Below, one piece after another: positions 25,262 through 35,991 of a DNA stretch of 64,000 nucleotides. The position numbers were made by a program, and so were the translations under genes. The stretch comes from Lepidodermella squamata (lineage: Eukaryota; Animalia; Gastrotricha). Position 1 is the first letter of the stretch. Each line of letters starts with the position of its first letter. The DNA lies in the NCBI GenBank assembly GCA_047495785.1, contig JBLDXI010000032.1, positions 1,550,001 through 1,614,000 on the forward strand, written 5' to 3'. The notes below the pieces were generated by a model. The model was given only the letters and a program-made list of their open reading frames with translations, had not been told where the DNA came from and did not search any database.

Positions 25262-25275
25262 GTCGCTATGGCAAC
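25262..25275. promoter_or_regulatory. Candidate RFX X-box upstream of 8-Cys member 3
   Basis: GTCGCTATGGCAAC matches RTHNYYWTRRNRAC; ~430 bp upstream of ATG 25701. Confidence 0.35.
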
Positions 25276-25700
25276 AGTGAATAATACTTACGAGAAGCCT
25301 TAGGGAGCAAGTTGGAACGGTTCGCTATAAACGGGATCCTTATCATTAAAGTGTAGTGTAAAGGAAGAGATCAAAAACAGACTTCGAATCGCAAATTGCG
25401 ACTGCTATGCCATTGGAACCTCGAATAGGTTATCTAGATCTCAAAATCCGCATACTGATCACTATCCAGTTGTACCTGCAATGTCCGTGTTGAAGTTCAA
25501 TTAATGGTTGCACGAATGTGTCAAAAAGGATGAACAGCTCATTTTATATTTGCTTAGCGTTTTTTCTTTAAGCTCAAACAATGCCAATTGATGGCGTGAA
25601 GAGGATGGTCACGAAGATGAGCCCATAAAAGCCAAGAGTAGATGTGGCATTTCAATCATTCAATCATCAATTCATCTTTCGAATACGAATCTCTAGCAAA

Positions 25701-26154
25701 ATGAACAAGCTGATTTTTGGTGAGTCTTATTAATAGTTTTTAAGGCGAATGACCGTTATGAACCTTTCCAGGAGCCTTATGCTGTCTGGCGCTAGCCTCG
25801 TTCGCGACGGCTGATATGTACCAGATGTTGGCCGCCCACGTGCCGTGTCCCACGGTGTTGCCTGTTCTTCAGTAATATTTAACCCATCTCAAAATGTGTA
25901 TAAAAATTCCATAAAATCATTCCAACAGCGAACTGTGTCCGAATGACAACTACGCTTCTCATGACTGTGTTGCCTGCATTGTCGGGGAGTGCCGAAAGGA
26001 AGCTGGCAATACGGTGAATCGTAACAACGTAGATTGCACCAAAGCCGAGGAGTGCTTGAGGTAAGCTTCCCTTGAAGGCTATTCTGTTTCGGCATTTTTC
26101 TATTTCCTCCATTTAAAAAGGCGAAAAGCGGCAACGTGCAAGAACGGACGCTAG
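25701..26154 (+). CDS. Secreted 8-Cys small protein, family member 3, 4 exons
   Basis: Exons 25701-25719, 25772-25871, 25929-26060, 26121-26154. Protein MNKLIFGALCCLALASFATA-DMYQMLAAHVPCPTVLPVLHELCPNDNYASHDCVACIVGECRKEAGNTVNRNNVDCTKAEECLRRKAATCKNGR*. Confidence 0.9.
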
Positions 26155-27565
26155 AGCAACGGGCAGGCAATCGAATTTCGATTTGAAGAATCTTTTTGAA
26201 TAAGTTCATAGGGCTTAATACATAAAGACGTATAATTTACCGCTTGATAAATAAAATTTGAGTTTAACAGTAGCTGGAGTCTCAATTCTCATTTTTGTCG
26301 TGTAACATGAGGCTAATGCCGCATTTAATGCGCTTTTAACCGCATTTTCAGCCGATTTTCAGTCGAATAACGTGGGACGCGAGCGAAGCCAGTTTTAGCT
26401 ATCGTTGTATTGAAATGAAAAGCCAGAATAAATACATCCACAAAATGGGTTTCGTCGAAATCCAAGTGGCACTTGATAAACATTTGAAGGGATCAATTCT
26501 CTAATTAACCTATAGTGAACCACCCTTTAGTTATAGTCAATAAAAGGAGATCTTCCAAAGCCACTTCGAAATATTTTGACAAAGAGCTTTTGATGGCTAT
26601 AATCGTGGACATTGAGTTAATTTGCGCAGAAGAAAGACCCAAACGATTGAAAAAGCTGGAGTTGCACGAGGTCGCCACGCTGGGTGAACGTAAACACCTG
26701 GTAAGAACTACAGAACGAAGCTAACGCGATCCGCTGCGTTTACGGAAAGGTAATTGAAACTGAACGCAGTTCACGCGAAGCATATCAGCCTCGGAATGAA
26801 CAAGCGAAGTTAAGCTTGCCAACGCTCCAGGGTAACAGGTTCCGAAGACGTTGTCCAATGTCCTATGGTATATACGTTGAGATCTACCGAGCGAAGCCAG
26901 TCGTGCGAGTAGCTGCAAAACCGGTGCAGTCTCATCGACATGGCGATCGAATATCGGGCTGTCGAGTACGCGGACCCACTATCAGGACCACTTAGCGAAT
27001 TTTAGCGTCATTTGACCGCTTAAACGACGAATTTTCGGTGCCCAGCATGACTTCCATTGTAATCGCAAGGGCGCGTGTGACGCTTCAGGAAAAGGGGGAA
27101 CCTCGCAATGAAAGGAGCGGCCGTAGTGTCTCCTGAGTAAAATCCTGTTGTAATGTCTTGCTTGTTACCACAAACTATAAATAAATAAATAATTTCAGCT
27201 TTAGATGCGATGAATAATGGCAAGTTCTTCAGGTTGCGCGCACTCAACACTATGAAAACAACCCCGCTAAAATGTCCATGTTGTTAGAATAAGAACATTT
27301 TTTGAACAAAGCAAGGAACGCTTTTTTAACCACACCGGCTAAATAAGAGCTATTGCGTGTTTACCTACCTATATGCATATGTGTGCGCAGAACGCATGTC
27401 GTCCTGAGTTAGTCTAAAGAGAGGCGATGTCTAGCTGTTTTTTCTCTATGAATATACGCTGCCAACCTTTTACCGCAAATAAACATGGGCTAGTTTTCTA
27501 AGCCATCTTGTGAAAAACCAAAGCACGTTTGTTCTTGAACGGACGCCAGTCATCGCAGTCGCGGC

Positions 27566-27572
27566 TATAAAA
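27566..27572 (+). promoter_or_regulatory. TATA box of 8-Cys member 4
   Basis: TATAAAA in GC-rich flanks ~100 bp upstream of ATG 27665. Confidence 0.6.
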
Positions 27573-27664
27573 GGGGCAGGGCAAGGCTGGGAAATGTCAT
27601 CGAAATAATCTCTTCAACAAATCATCAGCTTTACAAACTCACGAACACCTTCCGACTACAAACC

Positions 27665-28135
27665 ATGTCCAACTTGACGATTGGTAAGCAGTGATTCTCA
27701 TTGAATACAATAGAGCCATAACTTGTCCTATCTATCTCTTGCAGTTGCTTTTTGCTGCTTGGCCTTGGCCGCTATGGTTTCGTGCCAGTACCAGCCGCCG
27801 CAGTTCCCTGCTGGTCGCAAAATGCCTTGCCCCGAGCTTAAAAGTATTGTCAGGTAAACACTTAGAATCAACATCAAATGTCTTGTAAACATTCTTCGCA
27901 TTTATTTAACAGCGATCACTGCACTGTTGCCAGCACTAAGCAATTGAACTTCAACTGTGTCATGTGCATGGTCAACCCTTGCAAGCCTACTGGAAATTTC
28001 AACCCTAGCTCGATTGACTGCACCGAGAAAAAGACCTGCCTTGAGTAAGCCAAACTCTGCCAATTCAAAACCTGTTCTCATGTTTTTTCTCATTTTGTCA
28101 GATCGAACTTGAGCCAGTGCAACTCCTCGATGTAA
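27665..28135 (+). CDS. Secreted 8-Cys small protein, family member 4, 4 exons
   Basis: Exons 27665-27683, 27745-27853, 27913-28044, 28102-28135. Protein MSNLTIVAFCCLALAAMVSC-QYQPPQFPAGRKMPCPELKSIVSDHCTVASTKQLNFNCVMCMVNPCKPTGNFNPSSIDCTEKKTCLESNLSQCNSSM*. Confidence 0.92.
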
Positions 28136-28295
28136 AAAACGCAATTCTTTCAATAACGAACATACATGGCCTTTAAGTTATATTATACACATTCGAGATT
28201 AAGTGATTACGAACCCTGAGAATACCGGTTATTCATTGTTAATCAACTTTTTAATAAAGACTAAATATTCCTTTTCGCAACTCATTCCGTCTTAT

Positions 28296-29609
28296 TTATT
28301 CGATCAAATCTAGCAAATAATTTGGCTCTAATGGGTTAAACTCAGAATAATCCAGATAACTGATTAAAACAACTGGCAAGTCAAGACTTTTCAAGGCTTG
28401 ACGGCGATCATCTAATCCAAGAGGAAGGTTGGCTAGGATAGCCCTTCTCGCCGTATTCTGAAGCGAAAGAGGGAAACGTTTGGCAAGAAACGCAAGATAT
28501 TCCGTTTGATCAGCTGATTTCTCCAGCGTTGGAAGCTTCAATGTTTGGCACGGCTTGTAACTCTGAGCAGCGACTACTATGTCGAAGAAAACATCTCGAC
28601 GGCCCCATAGCTTCAAACTCAACTGGGTGCCGCATCGTGATTCATCCCGTAGGAAAAAGCGTGTTCTTTTATCGAAAATCGTATCTTCCGGGTTAACGCA
28701 ACACCTAGCCCCGGCTCGAATCAGTGGTATCGTGGCGTATATCAAGAATCGAGCAGCCATTCGTTCGACCAACTCTTGATTATCCCAAGTTGAGTTCGCG
28801 AAGAACAGAACTTCGTACAAGTTCGTTGTCATCGGATTACACGAAAGGAGTGAACAGGAATTCGGAGTGTTGAGAAAATGCCGGCCAGCGTTAATAAGGG
28901 CAGTGGAACAATCATCGCTGTAGAAAGCGAGGATGTGGAGCTGTTTGAGGGCTTGAAGATCGGAATTCGGGCCAGGTCGAAAAGGAGACGCTGATGCATT
29001 GTCGCTACATTTTGAAAGAAGCATCCGCAAAATTCTACCAAGGTCAAGTCTTTTCCTATTGTCAGGCCAGTTTCGCTTGATTTCTTCAATGCAAACTGAG
29101 ATGGGTCTTGATTCGTTTTTCGTTAAGCCGAAATCTACAGGAGCATTGTAGTTCAGCAATATATTGACACTTTCTGGTGAGCTCTGACGAATCGCTGTAA
29201 GAAGAAGACATGATTTCGCACCATTCGAAACTTCGTTACCGTGAATTTCCAGATATTCATTTAGTTTTCGTGAAGCCTCGGTAATGATGTAACAATTGAG
29301 GAGGATTATCTCAGAAACTGATGTTTTACATGTAATATTTTCAATAAACCGTATGATGATGTTGAAAGCTCCATTCTTTCTGAAAGTGAAGTCGTAAGCC
29401 GGAAATGCAGCCATCCTGACCAATAGCTTCATACCACTGCTTGAATCGATGAGCGGATAAAAGATATGCTCGTCGCCATTCGCACTATGAACAGCATCTA
29501 CGAAATCGCATAGATAGCGGCTTACATTGCAGTTCGCTCGTAGCTTGGATGAAAATTCATCGAATTCCATGCCAAATTCAAGATCGGAAAAGTTGCAATC
29601 TAGATTCAT
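28296..29609 (-). CDS. Intronless ankyrin-like and SOCS-box protein (ASB-like Cullin5/ElonginBC adaptor), 437 aa
   Basis: Ankyrin-like LLLTAIRQSSPESVNILLNYNAPVD. C-terminal SOCS box PLSLQNTARRAILANL...LKSLDLPVVLISYLDY. Confidence 0.8.
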   Translation of the reverse strand: MNLDCNFSDLEFGMEFDEFSSKLRANCNVSRYLCDFVDAVHSANGDEHIFYPLIDSSSGMKLLVRMAAFPAYDFTFRKNGAFNIIIRFIENITCKTSVSEIILLNCYIITEASRKLNEYLEIHGNEVSNGAKSCLLLTAIRQSSPESVNILLNYNAPVDFGLTKNESRPISVCIEEIKRNWPDNRKRLDLGRILRMLLSKCSDNASASPFRPGPNSDLQALKQLHILAFYSDDCSTALINAGRHFLNTPNSCSLLSCNPMTTNLYEVLFFANSTWDNQELVERMAARFLIYATIPLIRAGARCCVNPEDTIFDKRTRFFLRDESRCGTQLSLKLWGRRDVFFDIVVAAQSYKPCQTLKLPTLEKSADQTEYLAFLAKRFPLSLQNTARRAILANLPLGLDDRRQALKSLDLPVVLISYLDYSEFNPLEPNYLLDLIE

Positions 29610-30309
29610 TGCGTCTGACCTTTTTCTGAAAAATAAGTCGACAGCTCAGTTTCGCGGGTGTATTTGCTACTGCTGCGTTCATTTCGAATTTTTATCGTTG
29701 GCCGCGCGAGTGAAAATTCACATCTGCTGTCATATGCTGTCAAAATAATCATGTCATTTGGAAAGTGAAAATCGATAGCCGCAATCACTCGCACTAGTTT
29801 ACGCACAGCACGATAATTTCATGCACCGACTTAATTAATGCACGAAAACTGACCTAGTGAAAAAGCCGGAATATTTCGGGTTTTTTCATCAATTTATTAT
29901 GAGCCTGATTTCTTTCTCCTGAGAGGGCGAATTTGAGGCTTCAGGGTCATTTTATTGGGTCATATTATGAAATGCTGTGCTACTCCGTCCAGGTGTATAG
30001 AGTCTCCTTTTAGCTGCGAAGATCTGCGCGGTTTCGACATCTGGCTTTCACAGAAATCCTGGAATTTTATAGATTATAGTCCATATCGGAATAGTCTTGA
30101 TCAATAATCTTTAAAAACCAGGTTAAAAGGACAACTTTAGCTGCAGAGCTTAATCACTCATGCGATTCAAAGATCGAACGATGATTGTTTACCCAACCGC
30201 ATTTTTTTACAGCGACCTACTTGAACCCATCCTCTTCAAGCTGCAAGTCGCAATGGTACTTGTTCCTATAATTCATCCGTGATATAAGACATTTCGAAAA
30301 AAAGCTAAG

Positions 30310-30720
30310 ATGAAGTCTACAATTGCCTTGCTATGCCTAGCCTTGTGTTTCGCTTCAATCGATGGCGAGAACCGACCGGCGTTCAATTTGGCTAAAGTTC
30401 CTTGTCAAGAGCTGATTCCCTTGATGATGTAAATTCCGCCTATACCATAATCTGAACCTTAAGCGGTAATAATTTTCTCATTTTCAAGGACGTCCTGCTC
30501 TTACAACAATCGTTTCAACTTCAATTGTCCCATGTGCACTTTCTCGCGTTGCAATAATGGCGAGCAGCTCCCGGATCCGAACACTGTAGATTGCAGCATG
30601 GCAAAACAGTGCATTGAGTAAAGCTTGAAATCATCTGTTTATCGCTAATTCCTGTAATGACTTGATTTTAGAACCTACGCACCTGCCTGCAGCAAAGAGA
30701 GTGGTTCGACGGCTAATTGA
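30310..30720 (+). CDS. Secreted 8-Cys small protein, family member 5, 3 exons
   Basis: Exons 30310-30428, 30489-30617, 30672-30720. Protein MKSTIALLCLALCFASIDG-ENRPAFNLAKVPCQELIPLMMTSCSYNNRFNFNCPMCTFSRCNNGEQLPDPNTVDCSMAKQCIETYAPACSKESGSTAN*. Confidence 0.92.
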
Positions 30721-31403
30721 GGCAATCGAATGGAATTAATCCGCAGGCTGCTGAAGCACGCTGAACTTGAATCAAAACTCCAAGTTATGAAAAGTATACC
30801 CGATGAGCATCTAAAATAAATCGTTCCATACCTTCAAGTTGTGAGGCATAAACAAAGTTCCTGCGCGACAGATCTGCCGCAAGCGAAGAAGGTTGAGAGT
30901 CAAGGCCAAAAGAGACTCGATTGTTGACACATCATCGGTGCCCTTCTAGATTAGAAAGTTATGTTTATTGAGTGAATTATATTATGACCAGCTTGGGATT
31001 CCACATTTCACCATTCTTGAAACCTTGCTGTGAAAACTGCCCGAGAAATGTACGTGGAAGAACTGCGATTCTCTGACGCGACTTGATGGAGCTTCAGCAT
31101 CAGCTGAATTTTCCGAGCGCGAAAGCAAGTTTGCCAAAATCTCCATTGATAGCTACATGATTCATTTCTAGGGGCTTATTATAGCTACAATTGGGGAAAA
31201 TAACGACATACCGGGCCACGACTGTTTGGCGATTACTGAACCGTTTCAATGTTTCAAAACACTTCTCGCCAAAAATATCAAAAATGTCTTGTGACAATCA
31301 CGCCATTGTGTTACTTGAATGGGACGAGCACGACTGTGCAACCTCGGGTATTTAAAGCAGGAAAAAACAGTCAATATACAAGCATTAAGGAATATCGTAA
31401 ATA

Positions 31404-32044
31404 ATGACCCAGACCATTATCGGTGAGTTTCTTCAGCTGTGAGCTTATATCGATGAGTGAAATATTTCAAAACTTCAAGTTGCAATTTGTTTGATCGCCG
31501 CTTTCGGCTTTGCCGCGTGCCAGCAGCCCTACTACAACAACCAGCAGCAGCGGGGCGGTCGCCAATGGGGAGGTCAGCAGCGAGACAGCAACAACGGAAC
31601 AAATCCATGGAACGGACAACGACCTGCTAACGAAACCAACTGGACCAATGGAGGCTATGGCCAGAACGCAACCCGCCAGGGTCAGCGTCAGGGTCAGGGT
31701 CAGGGCCAGGGTGGTCGCTATCACGAGGAGCGATGCTCTGAAGTGAAACGATTTGTTGAGTAAGGAATTTCTTAGTTGGTTCAACTTTTTATCGGCATCA
31801 TCCTTTTTGCAGTGAGCGTTGCCCTGCTGTTTCGACAAATGCCAAGCAGTGCAAGCAATGCTTATGGCAGAAGTGCGGCTCCCTTCTTCGACCGACTGGA
31901 GCATCAACCGAAACATTCGATTGCACTCCAGCCCAGACTTGTGTTGCGTGAGTCACCGCAAACAACCTTCGATACAATTGATAATGATTATTTCATTACA
32001 GATCCAGCTTGGCCGGCTGCGTAAACCCGACCGCAGCGAACTGA
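31404..32044 (+). CDS. Secreted 8-Cys protein, member 6, with G/Q/N-rich N-terminal extension
   Basis: Exons 31404-31422, 31480-31759, 31813-31947, 32002-32044. Protein MTQTIIVAICLIAAFGFAAC-QQPYYNNQQQRGG...QGQGQGQGGRYHEERCSEVKRFVDERCPAVSTNAKQCKQCLWQKCGSLLRPTGASTETFDCTPAQTCVASSLAGCVNPTAAN*. TATTTAAA at 31349. Confidence 0.92.
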
Positions 32045-32381
32045 TTATTTGGCAACAAAAGCAAGATCGCTTGACTCGTCTTGCAGAAAAGAGACGAAAA
32101 TTGTAAAATGACATTTTTAGCTACCAGAATAGACCGTTAATCTCTGATGACTTGTGTGCTATTAAAGCCGCCAATTCGCCTATCATAAGTGTCGTTGAAA
32201 ACGTCGGGTAAATAAACGGGGCGGTCGAGTTTCATGGTTTGCCAAAAGACACCGCTTTGTCCGCCATTGTTTGGTTTGCACGCAAAGAAGGCGAGCTAAT
32301 TAATGAATGAATGAACGCCTCCGATGGCAGTTGTTTGTCAAGTTTAAGGAGAGGCTCGGCACGACACACGATCCGGACGAG

Positions 32382-32388
32382 TATAAAA
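32382..32388 (+). promoter_or_regulatory. TATA box of 8-Cys member 7
   Basis: TATAAAA ~75 bp upstream of ATG 32459. Confidence 0.6.
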
Positions 32389-32458
32389 CGCGTCAAAATG
32401 TGCACGCAGCGGAAGATTCCACTACCTGAAAGACTAAGAATTTATTCCATATCAAAAG

Positions 32459-33113
32459 ATGACCCGCTTTCTCTTCGGTAAGTGCTGACATCAATAATGA
32501 TCAGGCAATTGGAAACGTAAATTCACTTTAGTTTTAGCCGCTTTGGTTGCTGTTGCCTCTGCCCAGTGGAACCAACAGCAGCAGTACTACGGCCGCCAAC
32601 AGCAGCAACAGCCCCAGTCTAATGATCCTTGGGTTCAGCAGCAAGCTCAGATGTGGAATCGCCCGCAACAGCAGCCTCAACAACAGATGAACAGCATGCA
32701 GTTCGATCCTCAGGCTATGATGGCTAGCGCTGTTTCCAACAGCAACAACAACAACGCTAATATGGGAGGTCGTGGGGGTTCGATGGGCGGTGGCATGCCA
32801 AACCTTGCCAACATGCCGTGCAAGAATGAACTCGCTCCGGTTGCCCTGTAAGATCTCTCATTTGTCCCAAAAATCATTCTTCTAATTTACTCATTCTTCT
32901 ATTAGGATGCGATGCCCCATGCAGAATGGCCAATTCAACATTAAGTGCTTGATGTGTGTCTACCAGCAATGCAGTTACCTTCTCCAATCCAGCCCGGTCG
33001 ACTGCAAACAGGCGGGACAGTGCCTTGAGTAAGACTGCTCGAATTACTATTTTCAATTGCATTGATTTTTTCGTTAATTTTTCAGAAACAACTATCGAAG
33101 CTGTCAAAAATAA
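32459..33113 (+). CDS. Secreted 8-Cys protein, member 7, with Q/M/N/G-rich N-terminal extension
   Basis: Exons 32459-32477, 32532-32847, 32906-33028, 33086-33113. Protein MTRFLFVLAALVAVASA-QWNQQQQYYG...GGGMPNLANMPCKNELAPVALMRCPMQNGQFNIKCLMCVYQQCSYLLQSSPVDCKQAGQCLENNYRSCQK*. Confidence 0.92.
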
Positions 33114-33221
33114 GCTGACCTGTGTAATCGATGGACTATTATTCCCCCGGTGATTTCGCATGAAATCGAAACACTGATATGATCCTTAGTTTTAGCAATA
33201 AATTACATCAAACTTGCGACT

Positions 33222-34315
33222 TTACTTAAGATGGATCCCTGCAATCATGCAGCGAATTCCACCTCCACCAATTTTTTCTATAATATCAACGTTGCAAATC
33301 ACAAGTTTTTCATGATAGACTTCGTCGATTATCTTGCGATTGGCAGCCGATAGAGATGCCAAGGCTCTTGAGCTGATTGCCAAAAATAGTTCTCCGGAAT
33401 CATTCATCAGCTCCAAACAGTTTCCGCCAAAATTAGCGACCTCATCTCGACTCAATTTGATAATTTTCCTTCCAGATGTCTTCAGGTGGCTTTCAACAAG
33501 TTCTCTTTCCTAAAACACCAGATACACTAGTCAAGATTGCGCTATAAAATCGAGTCAGTACCTTGTTGTCTTCAATTGATTCCAAGCAGATAGCTGCAGC
33601 ATGCGTTCCAATCCACATAACGACATTAGTGTGGTAATAGAGCTGGCCATTTGAGTCCTTTGAAGTAAAAGGAACAAAAGAGTATTTGAGCTTCTGGCAT
33701 ACTTCAGCCAAAAGCTCCTCATTCGTCCGGGAAGACCGACAGGCATATGCGATTCTGTTGATGTAATCGAATATTATCGAACCAGTTCCTTCTAGGAAAA
33801 TGCCTTCATTTGCCTTTGGAGTAAGATCGACCACTTCGAACTGCAATACAAGAATCATGAAATGTAGCTATTTGAAGATATACGGGTTACATTTCCCAGG
33901 GTTTGGATGTGATCAATCACATCGCGACGGACTTCGCACCTGCGAGACACGGGTTGCATCGGATAGATGAAAGCCAAACCTTCATGATGGACCGAAAACC
34001 AATTGTTTGGAAAAATCGCATCTAAAATTCCAAAATGAATATCAGCAGATCTATCTTAATAACGAAAATTATTAAACCTGGGCATTTAGGCTGTTCTTTG
34101 TCTTGGAAAACTATAACATTGACCCCAGCCTTCCTAATTTTCTCAACAGCTGCGTCGAATTCTTCCACAGCCTTGTTTTTCACATATTCGGCATCCAAAT
34201 CGGGCTTGCTCTGAAATGCATTGCTTTCGGCTGCTTCGGCATTGAAGCCGAAATTAGCCGGTCTGACCATGACGACAGTCGATGGCGACTGGAAAGGCGG
34301 TTGTAACGCTGCCAT
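33222..34315 (-). CDS. Amidinotransferase (pentein) superfamily hydrolase, CtlX-like, 311 aa, 4 exons
   Basis: Exons 34315-34078, 34021-33891, 33840-33562, 33509-33222. Motifs VVMVRPANFGFN..A.SNAFQ, DAIFPNNWFS, IYPM...RRCE.R, FLEGTGS, YHTNV, FGGNCLE and IEKIGGGGIRCMIA (catalytic Cys). Confidence 0.88.
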
Positions 34316-34572
34316 ATCTCTTTTCACCAGATGATTTTTCCTCAGACTGAAAGTTGAAACGAGGCGTAATGTGTAGATAAGGACTAATGCGTGCTTTATC
34401 AGTTCAACCCAACTTTTGGTAATTTTTTCAACACACACGCATGATAACAAATGAATGAATGCGTGACGACGTAAAAAATGAAATCAGAGCCACCACATAT
34501 ATTTTTATTGATAATATTCAAATTCATGATTCATGGCTGCGCTGTATCATGAGCACAGATCAAGAGCCTCAT

Positions 34573-35001
34573 TTATATGACAGATACGTTGATGGGCAAG
34601 CTGAGCAATGACAATAGACTACAATTTGCAAGACTAAAAGACACAGCAATACGTCGTATGAAAAGGTCTATTACTTGCGCTGTTCCTCTTTGTAGTAAGG
34701 ACAATCAGCAGGAGGCGTATCGTCGGCGCACTTCTTCCGCAAGAATTTCAAATACTGCGGCTTGACAGCTGAAATCGGCACGGTAATTTCTATGGTTGGT
34801 CATAAAAAATAGAAAATATCCAAAACGGAAGCTCAACTTTTTCTTACCGACATTACTGTCATCATACGATGCATTGGCTTCGAAATTTCCAGCAAGGAAT
34901 TTGAGCCTTTCCATCATCATATTCTGCCTATCCGCTATACTATTCGCTTGCACCAAAACAGCTAGCGCCAAAATGCAGGTAAGAGTTATAAGTCTCGACA
35001 T
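34573..35001 (-). CDS. Orphan small secreted protein or prepropeptide (3' end uncertain)
   Basis: TATAAAA at 35082-35076. Signal MSRLITLTCILALAVLVQA. Exon 35001-34848, 58-bp intron, exon from 34789 (...YLKFLRKKCADDTPPADCPYYKEEQR). Ends either at TAA 34671 or via a 56-bp intron (34674-34619) at 34573. Confidence 0.6.
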
Positions 35002-35991
35002 GATTTCAAAATAATAACGATATTTAATGCGTGTGTGTAATTGAACTATCGACTCGCATATGAGAAATTCGGCCATTTTATAGGCCAGCTCGTGTTTGCG
35101 ATAAGAGCCACGCGTGGGAAGTTCGTAATCTGGATTCAGCACAACGACATGCACTCGAAAAGTGAATAATACCCGTGGAATTCTGGCCACAATACAAATG
35201 CATATGATGACTAACCGCAAGGTTTGAAGTGCGTTGATATGACGCAATCATGTGAAATAAAAAACCCCACCTTAAATTTCAAATTCTGTTTGGCGTTCGG
35301 CCGAACTTTGTTTTTTCGTTTTTTTCATGGTTAAAAAATGAATTCACCTGTACTGTTTATTCAACGGTGGTATTGTTTGTATCAAAGAGTTGTAAAAACA
35401 CACATGATCTGTATGATAATAACGTACGTAAAAGGAAAATACATCGCGGAAAAAATAGCTCGCATGCCGGGTTATTTACGCAACTGTAAACACAGTGATC
35501 ATGATCCGCGGCCATAATTATTCGCGCACTGGCTCTGCAATCGCTGCCTACAAAATAAACCGAGAATATGATTTGCACATCGCAAAAAGGCGCCAAAAGA
35601 CCAGCCAGCCATGGGCATGGAACTATACTATAGATGCTGTAGTAAGAGATACAGCGCATGGGCGAAAAAACCCAATGGACTCGATGAAAAGTTGTGCCGA
35701 TCTTTATTGCATTTTTCAACACCCTTGTATATTCCGGCCTCAATTAAACCACGCCTTTTAAATTATCAATGCAGAGTTATTTACTGGCACAGACACCAGG
35801 CACCACTTATCCTATGCAATATACACGCTAAAATTGCATTTTGTGTCTTCCGCACTCAATTTGCTTTTGTTTTTATGAACATGTCACAACAAGATTTAGA
35901 AATCATTTGTGCGACGTCGAAAAGCTTCGGTGCGAAATTTCAAAGTCGCCTACTCCTAGTTCGGCAGCATTTCTCGCCGAACTCTCATAAA

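Noticed and set aside
26500-27260. Further 8-Cys member or structured ncRNA between members 3 and 4
   Set aside because: Frames examined showed no signal peptide with the Cys frame, and no RNA family motif was recognisable.
33222-34315. Bacterial contamination
   Set aside because: Three host-type GT-AG introns and contiguous animal genes on both sides.
34740-34789. Alternative frame KLPCRFQLSSR resembling the family's K[M/V]PC motif
   Set aside because: Needs a weak phase-0 donor and does not yield the remaining Cys spacing.
35330-35900. Overlapping 88-174 aa ORFs upstream of the M13 array
   Set aside because: No recognisable domain; the real M13 start is ATG 35992.
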